Source: Bacteroidales bacterium (GTDB lineage Bacteria > Bacteroidota > Bacteroidia > Bacteroidales > UBA12077). Taken from it: a stretch of 13,259 bases of DNA. The notes beneath the pieces were generated by a model. It saw only the letters and a program-made list of their open reading frames with translations. It had not been told where the DNA came from and did no database searches. Of the stretch, positions 1-6,680 are shown one piece after another (the stretch's first letter is position 1; each line of letters starts with the position of its first letter). The position numbers were made by a program, and so were the translations under genes. The stretch lies in assembly GCA_028282585.1 (NCBI GenBank), contig JANQHR010000140.1:1-13259 (forward strand), given 5' to 3'.

Positions 1-1
1 T

Positions 2-64
2 GGTAATCCGATGAAAGTTCTTAAAATTGCAACGGATATTACTGATATTTATAAGGCCAATTAG
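2..64 (+). CDS. 3' end of a PAS/PAC-domain protein (partial, starts upstream of the window)
   Basis: Frame from base 2 reads GNPMKVLKIATDITDIYKAN*. This matches the C-terminal PAC motif (G-x-x-x-K-V-x-K-I-A-x-DIT) of PAS-repeat sensor/chemotaxis proteins. TAG at 62-64, followed by a terminator. Not in the ORF track. Confidence 0.7.
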   Translation, partial: GNPMKVLKIATDITDIYKAN

Positions 65-85
65 AAAAACCACCTATTAAATCTT

Positions 86-116
86 AAAAGCCCGTAATAT
101 AATTTACGGGCTTTTT
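86..116. terminator. Bidirectional intrinsic terminator
   Basis: AAAAGCCCGTAA (86-97), loop TATAAT, TTACGGGCTTTT (104-115): a perfect inverted repeat with an A-tract on the left and a T-tract on the right, between two convergent genes. Confidence 0.9.
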
Positions 117-138
117 CCTAGACTTATTTTATATTTTA

Positions 139-1260
139 TTATCTAAAACTTATTCCTAGTCCGGCACTCGCAACTGAATAATTCGCATAAGTATAATCAA
201 AATTTAAGGTAACTACTGCAAATTTAAATCTTAAACCGGCATTAAACCTTGGTTTTGTTGCACTTCCATCAGAACTTTCAATGCTAATATCAATTGGATC
301 TCTTAATGCAGATTCTTCTGTAACCAGAACATCTCCATTACCTTGTACCTCTGGAAAAGGATAATTACCATTCAGTTTTAGGTCTGTTTTACTTGAACTA
401 ATACCAATACCACCGTAGATACATATAACTTTAAAATCACCTGAAACTAAAAGATTAGCAGTAAAATTGCTAATATCAAGAACCATTTCCTGGTTATCGT
501 AAAAGCTTGGCAGTTCCAAAATATTATTTGAAGTCGTTACGCCCATATCAACATAAACAGAGGGTTGAAAATTTAATCCAACTGTCGATTTCATTTTAGT
601 ATAGCCGCCCTGTAACGTTAAGTCAAAAACTGGAATTTTATTTAATGCCGGTATCCATTGTTTTATTCCGTGTTTTATACCAATACCCCACAATCCGATT
701 TTACTGTCATTGCCCCATTCAATTTCAGGTGAATATCTGAAATTTAGTTCCGATTCTTTCATTAATCCTATTCCAACCTGTAACATTGGCATGGCCGAAT
801 AGGCCGATCCTGTTCCTTTGGGCAAATTAAAACTTGCAAAAGGCACATCTCCAACAAAAGGTACATTTTGATAGTACGTTAATGTTTGACCCTCTTCGTT
901 TTTTCCGGCTGCCGTTGGTGAGTCAGCTCCATCAACATTTACAGTTAATCCGTTTGCTTCATCACCTAGTTGTAATTCATTTGCGTCATAACTTTGATCT
1001 GCAGAAGGAATCATTGCCAAATTAAATGATACTGTTATATCAAAACCTCCCAATTTATGAGGTTTAGCAGTATTATACCATCCCGTACTTAAAGCAGCCC
1101 CCATTCCATTAGCATAAGGAGATAAATAAGCTTCGAATATCTTTGCTGCATCATCTTCTCCAGTTGACAATATTTGTCCTAGCTGAGAAAATTGTGCTCG
1201 TACAGTCACAGAAATTAATAGAATTGCTACTGTCGCATAAAAAAATTTGTTCCTTTTCAT
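139..1260 (-). CDS. Outer-membrane beta-barrel protein, DUF6588-like (Bacteroidota)
   Basis: Signal peptide ending VRA|Q. N-terminal motif YLSPY...GWYNTAKPHKLGGFDIT, which I recall from the DUF6588 family. Alternating amphipathic strands and a C-terminal beta-signal-like GLGISFR. Family name is from memory, not a search. Confidence 0.7.
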   Translation of the reverse strand: MKRNKFFYATVAILLISVTVRAQFSQLGQILSTGEDDAAKIFEAYLSPYANGMGAALSTGWYNTAKPHKLGGFDITVSFNLAMIPSADQSYDANELQLGDEANGLTVNVDGADSPTAAGKNEEGQTLTYYQNVPFVGDVPFASFNLPKGTGSAYSAMPMLQVGIGLMKESELNFRYSPEIEWGNDSKIGLWGIGIKHGIKQWIPALNKIPVFDLTLQGGYTKMKSTVGLNFQPSVYVDMGVTTSNNILELPSFYDNQEMVLDISNFTANLLVSGDFKVICIYGGIGISSSKTDLKLNGNYPFPEVQGNGDVLVTEESALRDPIDISIESSDGSATKPRFNAGLRFKFAVVTLNFDYTYANYSVASAGLGISFR

Positions 1261-1296
1261 GGTTTTTGGTTTAAAGGTTTCATATGTTTATTAAGA

Positions 1297-1324
1297 TAGA
1301 TGTAAAAATCTTACTAAAAGTTTC
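1297..1324 (-). promoter_or_regulatory. Candidate ECF (sigmaE-type) promoter for the DUF6588-like gene
   Basis: Minus strand reads GAAACTT-N17-TCTA, ending 36 nt before the ATG at 1260. Resembles the GAACTT-N16/17-TCTA consensus of RpoE/AlgU-type ECF sigma factors. Confidence 0.35.
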
Positions 1325-1429
1325 GTGTAACAATATTTTTCTTGGCATATCATATGGAAAATAAGTAAATCTAAAAAAATGATTCATAAAATCTATCTTA
1401 CGAAATAGAAATTTTAATCTTAGTTAGTT

Positions 1430-1437
1430 TAAATTTG
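1430..1437 (+). promoter_or_regulatory. Bacteroidota housekeeping promoter -7 box for rarA
   Basis: TAAATTTG(CA) matches TAnnTTTG, 14 nt before the ATG at 1452. No clear TTTG -33 box. Confidence 0.6.
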
Positions 1438-1451
1438 CATAAAAATCACTT

Positions 1452-2741
1452 ATGGCAATAAATCAACCTTTAGCGGATCGGATGCGTCCAAAATTCTTAC
1501 AGGAATATATTGGTCAGAAGCATCTTGTAGGTGATAATGCTATTCTGCGTAAAGCAATAGAATCAGGAAATATACCATCATTTATACTTTGGGGGCCTCC
1601 TGGTGTTGGTAAAACAACTTTGGCAAAAATCATTGCAAATCAACAAAATAGACCTTTTTTTACTTTAAGTGCGGTCCATTCAGGAGTAAAAGATGTTCGC
1701 GAAACTATTGAAAAAGCTAAAAAACAGCAATTTTTCGACTCTCCTAATCCAATACTGTTTATAGATGAAATACATCGTTTTAATAAATCCCAACAAGACT
1801 CGCTTTTAAGTGCGGTTGAACAAGGAACGATAATCTTAATTGGAGCAACTACTGAGAATCCTTCATTTGAAGTAATTTCACCTCTCTTGTCCCGATCACA
1901 GGTTTACATCCTTAAACCCTTGGAGAGAGATGATCTTATTGAATTATTAGACAGAGCATTAAAGGAAGATACTTATTTAAAAGATTTAAATGTTGAAATA
2001 AAAGAGTATGAACTTCTTTTACGTTTTTCTGGCGGCGATGCTCGTAAATTGTACAATATTCTGGAGTTAGTGGTTAATACCGAAAGAGCTAAGAATGATA
2101 AACATATCATCATAACAAATGATATTGTAACAGATATATTACAGCAGAATATTGCAACGTACGATAAAAATGGTGAACAACATTATGATATCATTTCTGC
2201 ATTTATAAAATCGATTAGAGGAAGTGATCCAAATGCTTCGGTATATTGGTTGGCCAGAATGATTGAAGGTGGTGAAGATCCTAAATTTATTGCAAGAAGG
2301 TTATTAATTTTAGCAGCAGAAGATATAGGATTAGCAAATCCAAACGCCCTTTTATTAGCCAACACTTGCTTCGATGCCGTAAATAAAATTGGATGGCCCG
2401 AATCAAGGATTATTCTGTCTGAAGCAACTATATACTTAGCAACCTCACCAAAGAGTAATTCTGCATACCAGGCAATTAACGATGCGCAAAGATTAATTAA
2501 GAAAACAGGAGATTTACCGGTCCCTTTGCATATTAGAAATGCTCCTACGAAATTAATGAAAGATATTGGATACGGTAAAGATTACAAATATGCACATAGC
2601 TATGAAGGAAATTTTGTTCAAGACAATTTTATGCCTGACGAACTGAAAAACAATATTGTTTATAATCCACAAAATAATTCAAAAGAAATGGAAATATTAA
2701 AACGACTTATTAGTCAGTGGAAAGGAAAATACAATTATTAG
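1452..2741 (+). CDS. rarA: Replication-associated recombination protein A (MgsA/RarA AAA+ ATPase)
   Basis: PLADRMRP N-terminus, Walker A GPPGVGKT, Walker B LFIDEIHRF, GATTENPSF, SAFIKSIRGSD, AAEDIG and the VPLHIRNAPTKLMK-GYG-YKYAH MgsA C-terminal motifs. Confidence 0.97.
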   Translation: MAINQPLADRMRPKFLQEYIGQKHLVGDNAILRKAIESGNIPSFILWGPPGVGKTTLAKIIANQQNRPFFTLSAVHSGVKDVRETIEKAKKQQFFDSPNPILFIDEIHRFNKSQQDSLLSAVEQGTIILIGATTENPSFEVISPLLSRSQVYILKPLERDDLIELLDRALKEDTYLKDLNVEIKEYELLLRFSGGDARKLYNILELVVNTERAKNDKHIIITNDIVTDILQQNIATYDKNGEQHYDIISAFIKSIRGSDPNASVYWLARMIEGGEDPKFIARRLLILAAEDIGLANPNALLLANTCFDAVNKIGWPESRIILSEATIYLATSPKSNSAYQAINDAQRLIKKTGDLPVPLHIRNAPTKLMKDIGYGKDYKYAHSYEGNFVQDNFMPDELKNNIVYNPQNNSKEMEILKRLISQWKGKYNY

Positions 2742-2746
2742 TTTTG
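2739..2746 (+). promoter_or_regulatory. Candidate internal -7 promoter box for kdsA, overlapping the rarA stop codon
   Basis: TAGTTTTG(CG) matches TAnnTTTG. Its first three bases are the rarA TAG, and it lies 28 nt before the kdsA ATG. Confidence 0.5.
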
Positions 2747-2774
2747 CGCAAATTATAATTTAATACAATATAGA

Positions 2775-3593
2775 ATGTTAAGAAGTATTCCGGATATTAA
2801 GCATCTCGATAACAATAATTTCTTTTTATTAGCTGGTCCTTGTGTGGTAGAAAGTGAAAAAAATGTTTTTGAAATTGCAGAGCGAATCATAGAAGTAACA
2901 GATAAACTAAAGATACCATATATTTTCAAGGCTTCTTATAAAAAGGCTAATCGATCAAGAATTGACTCGTTTACAGGTATTGGTGATATTAAAGCATTAA
3001 AGATTTTGGGTAAAGTTCGTGAAGAACTTAATATTCCGATAGTTACGGATATCCATTCTGAGATTGAAGCTACAATTGCTGCTGCGTATGTTGATGTACT
3101 CCAGATTCCAGCTTTTCTATGCAGGCAAACCGAATTGCTTGTTGCTGCAGCTAAAACAGGAAAAGTAATTAATGTTAAAAAGGGGCAATTTTTATCTCCT
3201 TCTTCAATGCAATTTGCAATTAATAAAATTTTAGACTCAGGAAATAAGAATGTTATAATAACAGATAGAGGTACCATGTTTGGTTACCAAGATCAAATAA
3301 TTGACTACAGAGGTATTCCGGAAATGCAAAAATTTGGTTATCCAGTTATTTTGGATATAACCCATAGTTTACAGCAACCTAATCAAACGTTGGGTGTAAC
3401 TGGTGGTAAACCAGAATTAATTGAAACTGTTGGTCGTGCGGGCATTGCTGTGGGTGTTGACGGTATTTTTATAGAGACTCACCCAGATCCTGCTAATACA
3501 AAATCGGATGGATATAACATGTTAAATTTAAGCCTTTTAGAAAATATACTTAACAATTTGGTTAAAATTCGTCAAACTGTGGTTTCACTTTAA
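2775..3593 (+). CDS. kdsA: 3-deoxy-D-manno-octulosonate 8-phosphate (KDO8P) synthase, metal-dependent type
   Basis: AGPCVVE, KASYKKANRS, LQIPAFLCRQT, NVKKGQFLSP, RGTMFGY, DITHSLQQP, FIETHPDP, SDG. The Cys/His/Glu/Asp metal ligands are present. Confidence 0.97.
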   Translation: MLRSIPDIKHLDNNNFFLLAGPCVVESEKNVFEIAERIIEVTDKLKIPYIFKASYKKANRSRIDSFTGIGDIKALKILGKVREELNIPIVTDIHSEIEATIAAAYVDVLQIPAFLCRQTELLVAAAKTGKVINVKKGQFLSPSSMQFAINKILDSGNKNVIITDRGTMFGYQDQIIDYRGIPEMQKFGYPVILDITHSLQQPNQTLGVTGGKPELIETVGRAGIAVGVDGIFIETHPDPANTKSDGYNMLNLSLLENILNNLVKIRQTVVSL

Positions 3594-3597
3594 AGCG

Positions 3598-6192
3598 TTA
3601 AGTTAAGTATTTGTCCAGTTTTGTTAAAAACTGATTCATTGAGATTGGTTTAGATATATAATCATCGCAACCAGCATCAATACATTTATAGCTATCTTGT
3701 GGTAAGGCATATGCTGTTTGTGCTACAATTGGAATATCTTTTGTCATCCTTTTAACTAACCGTGCGCATTCATATCCATCCATAACAGGCATTTGAATGT
3801 CAAGTAGAATTAAATCGATTTTGTTCCCACCTTTAACAAATTCTACTACCTCTTTCCCATTTCTTGCCCACTTTAATTCAACGTTTGTTGGTACTAAGGT
3901 TTCCTGAATAATATCAAAGTTTATTCTTTTATCTTCTGCCACAACAATTACTTTATTCTCCCAGTTAAACTCACTTGGTTGAATATTTACAACTTTGTTT
4001 TGCTCATTAGGCTTAAAAGGTATGGTTACAAAAAAAGTACTTCCTCTATTTAGTGTGGATTCTAACGTTATAGAACCTTTTAAAAGTTTTACTAAGTTTT
4101 TCGCCACGGTTAAACCGATACCAGCACCTCCATATTCCTTGGTTGTACTTTCATCAACTTGCCTAAACCTTTCGAATATCAAACCATAATTCTCTTCTAA
4201 GATTCCAATACCGGTATCTCTTACATAAAATTGAATTTCATTATGTTTTGGATGGGTAAATCCAAACTCTATATGACCTTTATTAGTGAATTTCAAAGCA
4301 TTATCCAACAATATTGAAAGTATTTGTTTAAGTCTAGATTGGTCCGTACTTATTAATATATCTGCTTCAGTGTTTTCATTGGCATATTCCAGTGCCAGCC
4401 TGTCTTTTCCACGTTTTAATAATTCATTAGCAAAATGATCGTGCAAGAATTCCATCATCGGATGTGGATTAAACTCTTTTATTTCAATCTTTGCCCGACC
4501 CGATTCAATGTTGGCAAAGTCTACAATATCATCTATTAAATTAGTCAATTCTGCGCATCCGTTTAGAATAAGATTTATATATTCATTTCTTTTATCAGTT
4601 TTGATAGAATCAAAATTTAACATTTGTGAAAATCCTGTAATAGTATTCATTGGTGTACGGATTTCATGAGAGATATTAGCCAAAAAATTGGATTTTAAAC
4701 GATCAGCTTCTTCTGCCATATTTTTAGCTAATTCAAGGTCCTTCATCGTTTTTTTATGTTTATCGATTTCCATTCTCAAGAGTTTGTTTGAGTCTTCTAT
4801 ATCCTCTGTGCGTTCCTGCACCTTCTTTTCTAAATCCTCTTTTATTTCTTTCAGCTGATCTTCCATAATAATTCTTTCTTCAATTTCGTCTTGTAACTTG
4901 CCTGATAAACGACGTTGGTATCGGGCAAAAACCAATAAAGCAAAAGCAATAATTAATGCTAAAAACGAACTTATTATAAGAATCAAATTTTGAGTTTCTT
5001 TCTTTTTAATCTTTGCATTATTAAGTTCCTGATCAAGTTTCAAAAAATCAATTTCTTTTTCTTGTTGTGCTGTTTGAAATTTAGCTTCCAATTCTGCAAT
5101 TTGATTATGTTTCTCTTCATTAAATAATGAGTCTTTTATTAAAACATGTTCCTTATAATAAATCAGTGCATTTTTATATTCAGCCATCTCATCATATACA
5201 CCTGATAATGCTTCGTAATTATACGATATAAAGTCTGGCATTGAAACTTCCTTTGAAAGATCTAAACCTTTTTGAAAGTATTCAATTGACTTATTATAAT
5301 TACCTATATTTCTGTATAATGAACCGAGGTTATAAAAAATATATACTAAGGTTGGTTTATAACCCATTTCTTCGAAAATAAATAAGGCTCTCTGATAATA
5401 ATCGAGGGCCATTTCAAAATTCTTACCTTCTTCGTATATCAAGCCTATATTACTTAACGAAATTGCTATATTCTGTTTATCCTTAACACTTTCATATATA
5501 TGTAAAGATTTTTCGTAATATCTAAGTGACTCAACAAAATCTCCCCAGTTATAATGTAGAACACCAATATTTTGGTATATAGCGGCGATTTTTTCTTCAT
5601 TATTTGTTTTACGATAAATATCCAATGCCTTTTCGTAGTAGTTTTGTGCTAATGTATATTTTTCCAGATCATTATATAAAGTTCCTATACACTGATATGT
5701 TCTTGCAGATTCTTCATCGTTACCAATTAATTGTGATATTCTTACTGCTTCTTGATAATAAATTAATGCTTTATCATAATTATTTAAATATTGATTGGTT
5801 AAGCCTAAATTATGATTCAAATGCAGTAACTTACTCGAATTTTCGAGGTTTTTATATAATTTAAGAGATTGTAAATAAAACTCATTCGCTTTTTCGTAAT
5901 TATTCGAATTATAATAATACTCGCCCAAATAAAAATTTGAAAATGCTATCGCTTCGGGATCATTAACTTTATTAGCTATTTCCAGAAGATCAATTGAATA
6001 ATCAAAAACCTCTGTTAAATAATCAGGAAAACTTAAACCAATTATTTCTTTATAAATAACTATTTTCAATCCATCTTGCTTTGTTTCATTTAGTTTTTTT
6101 TCGAGCCCGGTTAATTTATCCTGGTATGTATCTTCTTGAGAAAATGAGATTAATGCGCATAAAATAAGCAATATGCTAAACATATTTCGCAT
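3598..6192 (-). CDS. Membrane-bound hybrid sensor histidine kinase/response regulator with extracytoplasmic TPR repeats
   Basis: Signal peptide (SFS|Q); about seven 40-aa TPR-like repeats (NLG/NIG...A..YY..AL); TM helix LILIISSFLALIIAFALLVFA; coiled coil; H-box FLANISHEIRTPMN; N-box NALKFT; G1 DTGIGI; F-box IFERFRQ; G2 GGAGIGL; receiver with AED, LLDIQMP-MDG, AQTAYA, ISKP. Confidence 0.95.
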   Translation of the reverse strand: MRNMFSILLILCALISFSQEDTYQDKLTGLEKKLNETKQDGLKIVIYKEIIGLSFPDYLTEVFDYSIDLLEIANKVNDPEAIAFSNFYLGEYYYNSNNYEKANEFYLQSLKLYKNLENSSKLLHLNHNLGLTNQYLNNYDKALIYYQEAVRISQLIGNDEESARTYQCIGTLYNDLEKYTLAQNYYEKALDIYRKTNNEEKIAAIYQNIGVLHYNWGDFVESLRYYEKSLHIYESVKDKQNIAISLSNIGLIYEEGKNFEMALDYYQRALFIFEEMGYKPTLVYIFYNLGSLYRNIGNYNKSIEYFQKGLDLSKEVSMPDFISYNYEALSGVYDEMAEYKNALIYYKEHVLIKDSLFNEEKHNQIAELEAKFQTAQQEKEIDFLKLDQELNNAKIKKKETQNLILIISSFLALIIAFALLVFARYQRRLSGKLQDEIEERIIMEDQLKEIKEDLEKKVQERTEDIEDSNKLLRMEIDKHKKTMKDLELAKNMAEEADRLKSNFLANISHEIRTPMNTITGFSQMLNFDSIKTDKRNEYINLILNGCAELTNLIDDIVDFANIESGRAKIEIKEFNPHPMMEFLHDHFANELLKRGKDRLALEYANENTEADILISTDQSRLKQILSILLDNALKFTNKGHIEFGFTHPKHNEIQFYVRDTGIGILEENYGLIFERFRQVDESTTKEYGGAGIGLTVAKNLVKLLKGSITLESTLNRGSTFFVTIPFKPNEQNKVVNIQPSEFNWENKVIVVAEDKRINFDIIQETLVPTNVELKWARNGKEVVEFVKGGNKIDLILLDIQMPVMDGYECARLVKRMTKDIPIVAQTAYALPQDSYKCIDAGCDDYISKPISMNQFLTKLDKYLT

Positions 6193-6288
6193 AAATTATT
6201 TAAGTTTTAATGTTTAATAATTAGAACTTAAATATACAAAATAATCGGTTATTTAAAGATTTATAGGACTTTAATGATTCTTAAAGAG

Positions 6289-6672
6289 TTATTCTATTTC
6301 AAGAAATGATTTTATGGCACCAAAGTAATATTCATTCCAACCATTGGTTATATTCTCAAAATCTTCATCAGGTATATTGGTATGATTTAGTTCTATTTGC
6401 GTACCTTTTTTATGTTCAAATAAATTGATTGTTACAATAGATTTTTCAGATTGCTCACCAAAATACCATTCCTGAACAATCCGCTTATCTTTAATAACTT
6501 CAATATTTAGACCTGTAATATCACCTTCCCAAAGAGAAAACTCTGTGCCTGAATCAGCGTTCATAATAGCCTTATAACCAGACCATAATTCTATTGTAAA
6601 AGGATTTGTTAACGCTATAAATACGTCTTGAGGTTCTGCAGGAAGAATGTAATATTTTTTAAAATCTTTCAC
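6289..6672 (-). CDS. SRPBCC/START-fold protein, AHSA1 (activator of Hsp90 ATPase homolog 1)-like
   Basis: GTG start. Motifs P.DVF.ALT, G.EFSLWEGDITG, KRIVQEW, S.VTI.L, GT.I.L.HTNIP, GWNEYYFGAIK are typical of AHSA1-like domains. Confidence 0.85.
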   Translation of the reverse strand: MKDFKKYYILPAEPQDVFIALTNPFTIELWSGYKAIMNADSGTEFSLWEGDITGLNIEVIKDKRIVQEWYFGEQSEKSIVTINLFEHKKGTQIELNHTNIPDEDFENITNGWNEYYFGAIKSFLEIE

Positions 6673-6680
6673 ACTTAGTT

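Noticed and set aside
1342-1357. Sigma54-like TTGGCAT upstream of rarA
   Set aside because: The -12 element is poor (ATGG instead of TTGC), and a good TAnnTTTG box lies nearer the start.
4290-4330. Asn-to-Ile change in the first N-box position of the hybrid kinase (QILSILLDNALKFT)
   Set aside because: The key Asn of NAxKFT and the H, G1, F and G2 boxes are intact, so there are no grounds to call it a pseudokinase.
6229-6280. Possible terminator or promoter between the SRPBCC gene and the TPR kinase
   Set aside because: Only a weak 6-bp AT-rich stem (TTAAAG/CTTTAA) and an off-consensus TATATTTA box are present. Neither is supportable.
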